The translations under genes and the position numbers were made by a program. This document shows positions 9,411-17,772 of a stretch of DNA of 28,820 nucleotides, one piece after another. This stretch comes from a virus (taxonomy: Duplodnaviria; Caudoviricetes). Within the stretch, counting starts at the first letter, position 1, and the number at the start of each line of letters is the position of its first letter. The DNA lies in the IMG/VR virus record IMGVR_UViG_3300044674_002316, positions 1-28,820 of that record; one strand, given 5' to 3'. The notes below the pieces were generated by a model, which was not told where the DNA came from, searched no databases, and saw nothing but the letters and a program-made list of their open reading frames with translations.

Positions 9411-11639
9411 ATGACATTCACAGCACGACAGGTGTTGACAGCTGCACAGTTGAACGACCTGTCGATTGACACGCTGACCACGAGTGGCACGGTCACGATC
9501 GGCGGGTTCAGTCTGCCAGCGGTTGACGGCTCCGCAGATCAGGTGCTCGTCACGAACGGCTCAGGCACTGTCACATGGCAAGACCAGTCAGGCGGTGGTG
9601 GTACTCCCGGTGGTAGCGACGGTCAGGTTCAGTACAACAACGGTGGAGCGTTCGGCGGTGCGTCCGGTCTCTACTATCAGGACTCAACTGGCAACGTCGG
9701 TATCGGCACAACGACACCTAGCGTGGCCTTGCATGTCAACGGAGAAGACGGGGTGAACATCCCTATGTATGTGACTTCTACCGACACCGTAGCGGGTATT
9801 GCATTGTCTGACGGAGACTCAACTTCTGCGACGAAAGTGATTATTGCGGCAGTAGGAGACGACATGCGACTCAATGCTGGCGGAGCGGAGCGTATGCGTA
9901 TTGACTCCAACGGCAATGTCGGTATCGGTACAGCGTCACCATCGGTTGCTCTTGATGTTGCAGGTCAGATCAACGCTGACGGATTCATCACCATCGGGGC
10001 GTCAAGCACAACTGAAGGTGGCGAGATACGTCTTGATGGCGGTACGTCGTATTCAGCGAACTACGCTCGCATCGACCGCTACGGAAACAACCTGCTCCGT
10101 TTCATGGATCAGTCAGCGGTTCGGATGTCGCTTGACATCACCAACGGCAATCTCACCCTTAACGGAGATTTGACAGGAACGTCGAACACCAACTTCTTTG
10201 TCGGTAACGACTCCAACGAACGCATCTTGTTCCAAGAGTCAAGTAACCAACTGTTCTTCATGACGAACAATACGTATCGTGCGTACTTCACTAGTGTTGG
10301 CCACTTCGTGCCGTATGCGGACAGCAGTTACACTCTCGGAACGTCCAGTTTGCGTTGGGGCTACCTGTACGCCGACAGCGTGAACTGTGCGACGCTCATA
10401 GATGTGAACTGGGTACGGAACACGAACGGCAACTTCCTCGCACTAGAGGGAGGCGATGGGTGGGATCTCGGCAATAACGCCTCTGGTGAGTATGTGTGGG
10501 TCGCAGCAGAGAGTGGTCTGATGATCGTCTCGTCAGACGCAAACAGCACCAGCTGGGCGAACCGTAATCAGATACGCATTACACCCGAAGGCGGTATCAA
10601 CGAACGCCTCCGGATTCACGGCGGTCTAGAGGTTGAAGGGCCGGACGGTGGCATGGTGATGCGCTACTGGCAAGCAAACTCTGCTTACGGCATGATCGGC
10701 ACAGCGAACATGGGGAGCAACGAATACGCTTTGTTGACTGATGGGGTAAATACGTTCATCTCAGGTGGTGCTGGTGGCTCAGTTCATCTTCGAGGCGGTA
10801 ACAACGATGCGACACCTCAGTTGGTTGTCAGCAATAGTGCCATCACTTGTGACAACGCTGACCTGACTATTGACCTCTCAATCAGCCAGAACGGGACTGG
10901 TGGCGTGAACAACTTTTACGCAGAATCAAAGTTCAGGTATGTGTCCACATCTAATGACTGGTCAGCACAGCCCGTGCAGGAAATATCCTCACAGGACATC
11001 GGCTACGCCACAAGGTCGTTGGACTCGGACACTCACACGGGTCAACTTCGAGCCGCCTCCACGACTTGGTATCTGCGGAACCATAACGACGGCTCGTATT
11101 GGTACTGCGCCGCCATCATCTCGAACCAGTCGTCCCGCCGTATGAAGCAGGACATCGAAACGTGGGGGCACATGAAGCCTTTGTCGTCAGCGGTGAACGC
11201 CGACTACGACACGACAGCGACCGACCTCGTTCGACAACTGCGACCCGTTTCATTCCGTTTCAATAAACAAGACCACCTTCCCCGCGACCTACCGGGCGAA
11301 CGCCGCCAAGAGGCTCTCGACAGACTCAACCGAATCAGGCTCGCTCGGGGCGAGAAAATGTTTGACAGCGAAGAAGCAATCCACGAATGCGGTCGTGACT
11401 GCGACCACTCGGTCGAAGACCCGTGCGTTCTCTACCAACAATGGAACCGAGGCACCATCGGATTCATCGCCGAGGAAGTTGGCGAGGTCATTCCTGAAGC
11501 CACCGATATCGACGTTCGGCCTCGCTCCCCTACGCAAGGACAGAACACCGCAATCGACGGTCTCGCTCTCACGGCCATCCTCACCAAAGCAATGCAGGAG
11601 ATTGACGCACGCCTATCTGCGTTAGAATCAGCAGCATGA
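9411..11639 (+). CDS. Tail fibre with C-terminal intramolecular chaperone (peptidase S74-like) domain (742 aa)
   Basis: FTARQVLTAAQLN anchor, GGSDGQVQYNNGG, two GNVGIGT repeats, SSRRMKQDI autocleavage-like motif, LRPVSF, GFIAEEV and terminal coiled coil AMQEIDARLSALE. Confidence 0.85.
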   Translation: MTFTARQVLTAAQLNDLSIDTLTTSGTVTIGGFSLPAVDGSADQVLVTNGSGTVTWQDQSGGGGTPGGSDGQVQYNNGGAFGGASGLYYQDSTGNVGIGTTTPSVALHVNGEDGVNIPMYVTSTDTVAGIALSDGDSTSATKVIIAAVGDDMRLNAGGAERMRIDSNGNVGIGTASPSVALDVAGQINADGFITIGASSTTEGGEIRLDGGTSYSANYARIDRYGNNLLRFMDQSAVRMSLDITNGNLTLNGDLTGTSNTNFFVGNDSNERILFQESSNQLFFMTNNTYRAYFTSVGHFVPYADSSYTLGTSSLRWGYLYADSVNCATLIDVNWVRNTNGNFLALEGGDGWDLGNNASGEYVWVAAESGLMIVSSDANSTSWANRNQIRITPEGGINERLRIHGGLEVEGPDGGMVMRYWQANSAYGMIGTANMGSNEYALLTDGVNTFISGGAGGSVHLRGGNNDATPQLVVSNSAITCDNADLTIDLSISQNGTGGVNNFYAESKFRYVSTSNDWSAQPVQEISSQDIGYATRSLDSDTHTGQLRAASTTWYLRNHNDGSYWYCAAIISNQSSRRMKQDIETWGHMKPLSSAVNADYDTTATDLVRQLRPVSFRFNKQDHLPRDLPGERRQEALDRLNRIRLARGEKMFDSEEAIHECGRDCDHSVEDPCVLYQQWNRGTIGFIAEEVGEVIPEATDIDVRPRSPTQGQNTAIDGLALTAILTKAMQEIDARLSALESAA

Positions 11640-11797
11640 GTGACGCAAAGACCATTGACCCGCAAACTGTTCTCGCTGTGTTGCAACAGCGATTCCCTCG
11701 TGAGTACGAAATCTGTTTACAGGCTGCGTACATCTCGAACCTAGAGAACTCACTCGCAGAGAAAGACAGCGACGATGCCGACGAACTTTCCGGGTAG
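11636..11797 (+). CDS. Small hypothetical protein (53 aa), not in ORF track
   Basis: ATGA overlap with the fibre stop. Reads MSDAKTIDPQTVLAVLQQRFPREYEICLQAAYISNLENSLAEKDSDDADELSG and fills the gap. Confidence 0.55.
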   Translation: MSDAKTIDPQTVLAVLQQRFPREYEICLQAAYISNLENSLAEKDSDDADELSG

Positions 11798-12464
11798 CGC
11801 AGACTCGTTCACCAACCCGTCGTCCAGCGACTCGATGGCGACGGTGTCGCACGCAGGTCAGCACACCGACATCAACGATGCTGTCGAAGCGATCGAGACT
11901 GCCCTGCTGGATGGTGCGCCGTTACATATCGACGACGCAAACGAGCGTGTGGGTATCGGTACGACCTCACCGCAGGTGGAGTTACAGGTGGCTGGCACAG
12001 TCAAAGCCAGCGACCTCGTTGGTGATGTGACAGCAGTCTCTGTGTCAACGACGAACCTAACGGTGGATGGTGCTGGATACGGCCTCGTCACTATCTGTCG
12101 CAACTCGTTCAGCGTTCCCACCTCGACTAATACGACGATAGGATTCAGCACAGAACTCGTAGACGTAGCAGGGTGGCATCCAGCTGGCACATCAGCAAAT
12201 ATCACACCCGACATTGACGGCATCTATCTCATTACGGCTAACGCTCAATCTGTGGACAGCGCAAACCGTGCGCTCATCAACCTGTACGTCGCTGGCAGTA
12301 TCGTTGCGTCACAGGACAACAACTCTGGCGGGTTTGACCTCTCACTAGCCATTCACTACCCAATCACCGCGGGCCAGAACGTGTCTATCGTTGCGTGGCA
12401 GAACAGCGGTAGCACAAAGACACCTACCTTCACGCTAGGCGTACACCTCATCCGCACTACCTGA
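11775..12464 (+). CDS. Second tail fibre-like virion protein (229 aa)
   Basis: MPTNFPGSADSFTNP...NDAVEAIETAL N-terminus, RVGIGTTSP repeat, and a C-terminal beta domain (GIYLITANA) resembling C1q/TNF-like tips. Confidence 0.6.
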   Translation: MPTNFPGSADSFTNPSSSDSMATVSHAGQHTDINDAVEAIETALLDGAPLHIDDANERVGIGTTSPQVELQVAGTVKASDLVGDVTAVSVSTTNLTVDGAGYGLVTICRNSFSVPTSTNTTIGFSTELVDVAGWHPAGTSANITPDIDGIYLITANAQSVDSANRALINLYVAGSIVASQDNNSGGFDLSLAIHYPITAGQNVSIVAWQNSGSTKTPTFTLGVHLIRTT

Positions 12465-12516
12465 CGAGCGTAAGCCGAGAACGACCTATCAGCCTGATCT
12501 GTTAGCGTCTGGACTC

Positions 12517-12747
12517 ATGTTCAAGACGACGTTTATCAAAGACGCTGTCGAGCGTGCAGTCGCCACGTTCGCTCAGACACTCGTGGCTCTCGTAGGTACT
12601 GACGCTGTCGACATCCTGTCTGTGGGTCTCGGTGACTCGCTGAAGGCTGCTGGTGTCGCTGCTGGCCTGTCACTCGTCAAGTCGTTCGCTGCTGCGAAGG
12701 GACCGATCGGTGACTCCTCTGCATCAGCTGTGAACCTGGAGAGCTGA
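12517..12747 (+). CDS. Holin, r1t-like (76 aa)
   Basis: ERAVATFAQT motif plus two hydrophobic segments, directly upstream of the endolysin. Confidence 0.8.
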   Translation: MFKTTFIKDAVERAVATFAQTLVALVGTDAVDILSVGLGDSLKAAGVAAGLSLVKSFAAAKGPIGDSSASAVNLES

Positions 12748-12750
12748 GCG

Positions 12751-13542
12751 ATGGCGAATCGCAAATACACAGGCTGGGACGGTGACGCATCTGGTCGTCG
12801 AGCTGGGACAGAGAAGCTGATCCAGCTGATCTCTGCTCATAGCGGTCGCAAACTCTGGAACAACGGTTCGTGGGGAGTGCGAGCCAAGCGTGGCAAGAGT
12901 AGCCCTAGCGTGCATGGCACCGGACGGGCGTTCGATCTGTCGTGGCGCAAGATGGGTGAGACTCGTGGCTCTGGACGCTACGCAGATGCACGAGCGATTA
13001 TGGATCTGCTCACCACACCAGAGGTCGCAGAGGCTCTGGAGATCGAAGCCGTGTTCGACTACTGGAACGCTGACGGTCCACACGGTCGTGGATGGAAGTG
13101 TGATCGTGCAGCATGGCAGGTGTACGACAAGAAGGCGTTCTCTGGTGTTCCAGGTGATTGGATCCATGTCGAGATATCGAATCGCTGGGCTGATAGTCCT
13201 GCTGACATCGAGCGCATCTGGAACGCTGTGATTGCCGGGGAGCTTGTCGCTGCTCCAGCTCCACAGCCTGCACCAGAGCCTGCGCCACAGCCTGAGGTGG
13301 ACATCCCTCAGTACACCAAGACAGTCAAGCGTGGATCTCGTGGCGATGTCGTGAGAGCAGTCCAGCAGCGTCTCGCTGATCTGGGTTATGAGAACAGCAG
13401 CGGATCCAAGCGGATTGTTGTCGACGGGCGATTCGGTCCGAATACTGAGCGCAGGGTGAAGGACTTCCAGTCTGACCATCCATGTCCTCCAGTAGATGGG
13501 ATCGTCGGACCTAAGACCTGGGCTGCGCTACACGAGAAGTGA
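12751..13542 (+). CDS. Endolysin: M15-like Zn peptidase plus C-terminal peptidoglycan-binding (PG_binding_1) domain
   Basis: SVHGTGRAFD (SxHxxGxAxD) and WIHVE motifs, Pro-rich linker, then VKRGSRGDVVRAVQQRL, VDGRFGPNT and VDGIVGPKTW. Confidence 0.85.
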   Translation: MANRKYTGWDGDASGRRAGTEKLIQLISAHSGRKLWNNGSWGVRAKRGKSSPSVHGTGRAFDLSWRKMGETRGSGRYADARAIMDLLTTPEVAEALEIEAVFDYWNADGPHGRGWKCDRAAWQVYDKKAFSGVPGDWIHVEISNRWADSPADIERIWNAVIAGELVAAPAPQPAPEPAPQPEVDIPQYTKTVKRGSRGDVVRAVQQRLADLGYENSSGSKRIVVDGRFGPNTERRVKDFQSDHPCPPVDGIVGPKTWAALHEK

Positions 13543-14870
13543 TCTCACGCGCATGTGCTCATGTGGCCCGTGCGCTCTGGGTGACGCTCCTAGTCATCGC
13601 ATGGATGGCTCCTGCGCCTGTGAGCGCAGCGTCCTACACGGTCACAGCAGAGTCTGACTGGTACTTCTCCATCGAGCAGGATCAGACGCTCGTCATCATC
13701 TATGGCAACAGTAACCAGTCGTGCGAAGAGGTAGCAGTTGACCCATACCTATGGCTGTATGACGACAAAGACACGCTGGTCGCATACGACGACGACGGCA
13801 ACTTCAACGAGCAAGACCAGTGCGTGTCGTCGAAGATTTACACGACGCTGGATGCTGGCGACTACCGCCTCCGCGCAGGCTACTACCCTGAGCAGTTAGG
13901 GCTTGGAAACACGCCTGAGTGGGGGACTGGCGAGTATGAGCTGAAGTATGACTCGACGCTGACATCTGACGCTGCGCCAGAGCCTGCGACGACGACCAGC
14001 ACTACATCGACATCGACGACAACAACGACCAGCACCACCACGACATCCACCACCACGACGACGAGCACGACCTCCACGACTACGACGACGCTGCCACCAA
14101 CCACTACGACCTCCACGACCATCGCACCCACCACCAGCACCACGAGCACCACGACGACGACATGGCCTTCTACGACGACAACCACCACCTCGGTTCCTGC
14201 ACCGGCACCGACAACTGTCCCTTCATCCACGACGACGACCACCGTCGCCACCACCACGACGACAGCACCACCCACGACGACGACGAGTAGCACCACGACG
14301 ACGACGAGTAGCACCACGACGACGACGAGTAGCACCACGACGACGACATCTACGACAGAGCCACCACCACCTGCGACTACCGTGGTGACATCGACATCGA
14401 CGCTTCCACCCACGACGACTACCTCGACCACGACGACGACGCTCCCAGCGACGACTACATCGTCATCTACGACACCGTCGTCCACCACGACGGTTGCTCC
14501 CACGACATCTCAGCCTGCGACGACTGTCCCCACGACCACAGTCCTCCTCTCCGGCATCGCTACCATCGATGAGCTGATCGCCTCACCAGAGGACATCACC
14601 ACAGACGACATCATCGCTATCGCAGACACAGTCGATCTGGAAGATCTCTCACCAGCAGTCGTGCGTGAGATCGTCGACGCGGTGCAGGACGCTCCAGATG
14701 ATGTACGAGAGACATTTGAGGACGAGATCAATATCTATTCGGGTCTCCTCGACGAATATGTGCCACTCGGCTCCAACGTGACGGTCGCTCAGCGTCGTAC
14801 CATTGTGGTAGTAACTGCTGCTGTCGCATCGCCTGTGGCGGTCACTCCATCGAGACGACGACCCAGGTGA
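13539..14870 (+). CDS. Secreted/surface Thr-rich (mucin-like) protein with N-terminal PPC-like beta domain (443 aa)
   Basis: Signal-peptide-like N-terminus ending VSA-A, then DPYLWLYD...LVAYDDDG...LDAGDYRL, a ~190 aa poly-Thr/Ser/Pro stalk, and a hydrophobic C-terminal segment followed by RRRPR. Confidence 0.7.
   Translation: MISRACAHVARALWVTLLVIAWMAPAPVSAASYTVTAESDWYFSIEQDQTLVIIYGNSNQSCEEVAVDPYLWLYDDKDTLVAYDDDGNFNEQDQCVSSKIYTTLDAGDYRLRAGYYPEQLGLGNTPEWGTGEYELKYDSTLTSDAAPEPATTTSTTSTSTTTTTSTTTTSTTTTTSTTSTTTTTLPPTTTTSTTIAPTTSTTSTTTTTWPSTTTTTTSVPAPAPTTVPSSTTTTTVATTTTTAPPTTTTSSTTTTTSSTTTTTSSTTTTTSTTEPPPPATTVVTSTSTLPPTTTTSTTTTTLPATTTSSSTTPSSTTTVAPTTSQPATTVPTTTVLLSGIATIDELIASPEDITTDDIIAIADTVDLEDLSPAVVREIVDAVQDAPDDVRETFEDEINIYSGLLDEYVPLGSNVTVAQRRTIVVVTAAVASPVAVTPSRRRPR
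14272..14347 (+). repeat. Tandem 21-bp repeat CCACGACGACGACGAGTAGCA, ~3.6 copies, encoding TTTTTSS
   Basis: Exact copies at 14272, 14293 and 14314, partial copy at 14335. Confidence 0.9.
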
Positions 14871-14873
14871 CAC

Positions 14874-15038
14874 ATGAGACTGCTCCGCTACATCACTGAA
14901 CAAGCGTGGACGCTCGCAGGCACAGGTCTCGTCCTCATCACGCTGTCTGGATCGACACGCTCAGCCGGGATCTGGATCTCTATCGCAGCGACAGCACTAC
15001 ATCTCGTGTCCTACTTCTTGCCAGAGGACGACGCATGA
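14874..15038 (+). CDS. Small two-TM membrane protein (54 aa), not in ORF track
   Basis: Reads MRLLRYITEQAWTLAGTGLVLITLSGSTRSAGIWISIAATALHLVSYFLPEDDA. SD-like AGGTGA upstream. Confidence 0.7.
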   Translation: MRLLRYITEQAWTLAGTGLVLITLSGSTRSAGIWISIAATALHLVSYFLPEDDA

Positions 15039-15127
15039 CACGCACCAAGACACGAGGCGAGTGGCGTATCGTTGATGGTCGTCGTATCTGGTGGGTGACG
15101 ATCCTCCCACAGGATGACGAGTCGTGA
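15035..15127 (+). CDS. Very small hypothetical protein (30 aa)
   Basis: ATGA overlap at its start, TGATG at its end, GAGGA SD. Reads MTRTKTRGEWRIVDGRRIWWVTILPQDDES. Confidence 0.45.
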   Translation: MTRTKTRGEWRIVDGRRIWWVTILPQDDES

Positions 15128-15378
15128 TGCTCCATCTTGCGTTCCGCATCGGCGCAGTCTTTGCGTACTCCTCGATGGCGATCATCGGTGGCGCATCGAT
15201 CATCGGTGGCATACCTGTCTGGAAGGCAGCGTTTCTGGCTGGTATCTCAGCCACAGCCCAGGTGATTGAGCGACTAGCTCGTGCCTACGCAGACGATGGA
15301 GTCATCACTCGTGAGGAGATCGACGAGGCATTTGGCTCACGGCTGGCAGACCACTACGACCACGAGACAGAGGTGTGA
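15127..15378 (+). CDS. Membrane protein, possible second holin-like component
   Basis: Two hydrophobic segments followed by DDGVITREEIDEAF. Coupled start. Confidence 0.6.
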   Translation: MLHLAFRIGAVFAYSSMAIIGGASIIGGIPVWKAAFLAGISATAQVIERLARAYADDGVITREEIDEAFGSRLADHYDHETEV

Positions 15379-15379
15379 T

Positions 15380-15622
15380 GTGGATCCGTGGTGGGTGCCT
15401 CTCGCTGTAGCGACGATCACAGGACCGATAGTGGTGCTGATGCGTCGATTCGATAGGCGCAATACAGAACAGCATGATCGAAACATGGAGGCTCTGCAGC
15501 GCATCGATAGATCTGTGGAGCATGTCGCTGGGCAGATAGATCGCATAGATGAGCGACTAGATGACCACATCGACTGGCATCTGAGAGGCGATGAGCGATC
15601 ATCTCGCTCCAAGTCTGCCTAG
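15380..15622 (+). CDS. Single-TM coiled-coil membrane protein (lysis-cassette type)
   Basis: GTG start after GAGGTG. N-terminal TM (WWVPLAVATITGPIVVLM), then a coiled coil ending RLDDHIDWH. Confidence 0.65.
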   Translation: MDPWWVPLAVATITGPIVVLMRRFDRRNTEQHDRNMEALQRIDRSVEHVAGQIDRIDERLDDHIDWHLRGDERSSRSKSA

Positions 15623-15773
15623 TCGCTACTGCCCACCATGTGAGGTGATGTGGGCGCATGAGATGAGCGATGAGTGCTGGCTGTGTGGCTCTGTAGGGGA
15701 GCCTCCACCTCCTCCACAAACGACAGAGGAGCGTGCCCAGCAGACTGTGGACACGCTCCTCTCGCTCAGATAG
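15591..15773 (+). CDS. Small Zn-finger-like protein (60 aa)
   Basis: CPPC...CWLC motif, GAGG SD, last gene of the rightward block. Confidence 0.45.
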   Translation: MSDHLAPSLPSRYCPPCEVMWAHEMSDECWLCGSVGEPPPPPQTTEERAQQTVDTLLSLR

Positions 15774-15788
15774 CGATGGTGTGGGAGG

Positions 15789-16190
15789 TCAGAATGTGAC
15801 CATCCCATCCCATGACTGCATATCTACTTGGTCGCTGATATCTGAGGCGAGGAGTTGCCACTCATACTCGTCGCCCAGCAAGATGCTGGTGAGAGCATTT
15901 ATCTGCTCCAGCAGAGAGTTGCGCTCAGACACATACGATGCGACGACTGAGGATTTCTCCATGATCTGGACTTGACTGCCCAGCGTCGATGGAGAGCAGT
16001 AGTAGTGACCCATCTCTAGATCTGAGGTGATCTTGGACAGTTGCTTCTGGATTTCGCACGTTGCCTCATGTGCGTACTTGCTCTTCTTGTGGAACTCACG
16101 CACCAGTCTGAGGATCTGCTCTGCGATCTTCTTCTGTGTGTAGTCCTTGCTCTCTTTGGCGATCTCTGAGATGCGTCCAATCTGGCTCAT
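15789..16190 (-). CDS. Hypothetical protein (133 aa)
   Basis: GGAGG SD and ATGA overlap with the upstream minus-strand gene. Confidence 0.65.
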   Translation of the reverse strand: MSQIGRISEIAKESKDYTQKKIAEQILRLVREFHKKSKYAHEATCEIQKQLSKITSDLEMGHYYCSPSTLGSQVQIMEKSSVVASYVSERNSLLEQINALTSILLGDEYEWQLLASDISDQVDMQSWDGMVTF

Positions 16191-16381
16191 CGTGCCACCT
16201 CCACATGCATGACAAAGCGTCCCATGAAGCCACAGTCGTTGCGAGTGACGCTGACGAGATCTGTGTCAGCGAGACCAGCGAGTGCGTTCTCCATCCACTC
16301 GACGACTATCACCTGCGAGCGACGGAACTCTGCGACCGTCTCGACCGTGGTGGTCATCTCTGTACCCTGCGATGTTTTCAT
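16187..16381 (-). CDS. Hypothetical protein (64 aa)
   Basis: Start placed at 16381 because it follows the repeated ACAGAGGGAGATACAAATG element and a promoter. Confidence 0.65.
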   Translation of the reverse strand: MKTSQGTEMTTTVETVAEFRRSQVIVVEWMENALAGLADTDLVSVTRNDCGFMGRFVMHVEVAR

Positions 16382-16452
16382 TTGTATCTCCCTCTGTGAT
16401 GTCAGCTCGTGCTGACACCAATCACAATAGGGACATTTGATCGATAGCGCAA
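16379..16452 (-). promoter_or_regulatory. SigA-like promoter + 5' hairpin + start-associated sequence (copy 1)
   Basis: TTGCGC-N17-TATTGT, 6 nt, TGTCAGC-ACGA-GCTGACA, then ACAGAGGGAGATACAAATG. Confidence 0.7.
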
Positions 16453-16554
16453 GTCTAACGAGAGAAATATTTGGTTGGCGTACATCCACAGGCTTCTGGC
16501 TGATAGCGATTGATGTGTCAGCAGATCGCTGACAGTACATATCTGGAGGCACAC

Positions 16555-16926
16555 ATGGAGCAAGACTCGCTCTTCGACCATCTGGCTCGTGCGTCAGATC
16601 CGTGGACATCGCACGAGGCAGCACGCACAGTCAATCGACAACTGACAGAGACCCATGTCTGGGTGCTGGGCTGGCTACGTCACCACGGGCCATCCACGGA
16701 TGATGGCATCGCCACAGCGATGGTGGATGCTGGCATCAGCAAACGACACGAACAGGCACGACGCATCGTCCGCACCCTGCGAGAGGAGCACCGGCTCATC
16801 GTCCCATATCTCGATGAGCATGGAGAGCAAGCAGCGCAGCGCAACCAGTCTGGGCGACTGGCACTCCTCTGGCGAGTGGCAGTCCTCGGTAACCACAACC
16901 ACACCTCGGAGGTGAACAATGGCTAA
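16555..16926 (+). CDS. Putative winged-HTH DNA-binding protein
   Basis: GGAGG SD before ATG 16555. ARASDPWTSHEAA motif followed by VLGWLRHHGPSTDDGIA, typical of small phage wHTH proteins. Confidence 0.6.
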   Translation: MEQDSLFDHLARASDPWTSHEAARTVNRQLTETHVWVLGWLRHHGPSTDDGIATAMVDAGISKRHEQARRIVRTLREEHRLIVPYLDEHGEQAAQRNQSGRLALLWRVAVLGNHNHTSEVNNG

Positions 16927-17251
16927 GAGCCAACCAGTATCAATCAGCCAGATCATGTCAGCGCACGAGCGAGGACTGATCGATGACCGTGAGCGTCAGA
17001 TCCTACTGATGAGGATCCCACCCATCGATGGGAAGCGTCTCACACAGGCAGCGATCGGAGAGACACTAGGGATCTCTGGAGCGTGGGTCTGTCAGCTGGA
17101 GTCACGAGCACGCATCGCTATCGAACGAGCGACAGATCTCAATGAGCGTGTTGGAGAGATCGCTGTCATCGCACAGCCAGTCGACTCAGAGCCTGCGCCA
17201 CAGTCGACCAAGCGTCGCTCGTGGCTGTCTCGCTGGAGGCTGACACGATGA
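16919..17251 (+). CDS. Sigma70 region 4-like HTH protein (110 aa)
   Basis: IDDRERQILLMR...LTQAAIGETLGISGAWVCQLESRA matches the sigma region 4 pattern. No regions 2 or 3. Confidence 0.75.
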   Translation: MAKSQPVSISQIMSAHERGLIDDRERQILLMRIPPIDGKRLTQAAIGETLGISGAWVCQLESRARIAIERATDLNERVGEIAVIAQPVDSEPAPQSTKRRSWLSRWRLTR

Positions 17252-17772
17252 GCACCAACGATCCCACCGCTATCGCCAAACTGTGGATATCGCAGATGGA
17301 TGAACGCCTTGCATGGCTCGACAGCCAGATCGAGGACTGTGACAACAAGACTCTGATCCCCATGCTGGTCGCACTACAGCAGCGTCACAAACGTCTAGGC
17401 GAGTACATCAAAGAGATGCAGAGCCAGATCGCTCGCACCATGCTCAGCGCAGACACCAAGAGTGGGACAGTCCCCGGGTGGGACGACACGACTCTGCATG
17501 TCGATGCCAAACGTAGTCCACGGCGCACAGGCATCCAGCGAGATGATCTGATCGCTGCAGTAGATCGTGCTGCCCAGAGCGACGAACTTCGTGTCGACAC
17601 GACTACTGGTGAGGTCCTGGAACTCGCAGATGTACGGCTACGGCTCACACGCTCAGCATTCAGACTGGAGCCTCGCTGGAGCGAGCTTCGCAAACTCGGC
17701 ATTGAGAGTGACGAATACTCGACCACAGAGTGGATCGACAGCGTCGATATCAAGGAGACAAAGGAACTATGA
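17248..17772 (+). CDS. Hypothetical protein with N-terminal coiled coil, upstream of the recombinase
   Basis: ATGA coupling at 17248, GGAGG SD, VDTTTGEV motif. Confidence 0.7.
   Translation: MSTNDPTAIAKLWISQMDERLAWLDSQIEDCDNKTLIPMLVALQQRHKRLGEYIKEMQSQIARTMLSADTKSGTVPGWDDTTLHVDAKRSPRRTGIQRDDLIAAVDRAAQSDELRVDTTTGEVLELADVRLRLTRSAFRLEPRWSELRKLGIESDEYSTTEWIDSVDIKETKEL

Noticed and set aside
9690-11975. Three GNVGIGT-like repeats considered as DGR or shufflon repeats
   Set aside because: Common fibre motif with mostly synonymous divergence. No adenine-specific TR/VR pair, reverse transcriptase or invertase in the window.
14272-14347. Direct repeats considered as a CRISPR array
   Set aside because: Contiguous 21-bp coding repeats with no spacers and no cas genes.
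13883-14503. 206-aa poly-Val ORF on the minus strand
   Set aside because: It is the antisense shadow of the ACN-rich Thr stalk, with no independent evidence.
15776-15812. Imperfect hairpin between convergent genes
   Set aside because: Multiple bulges and overlap with a stop codon make it too weak to call a terminator.
15789-17251. Divergent region considered as a lysogeny switch or integration site
   Set aside because: No integrase, recognisable repressor, att-like tRNA fragment or host genes in the window, so lifestyle cannot be assigned.
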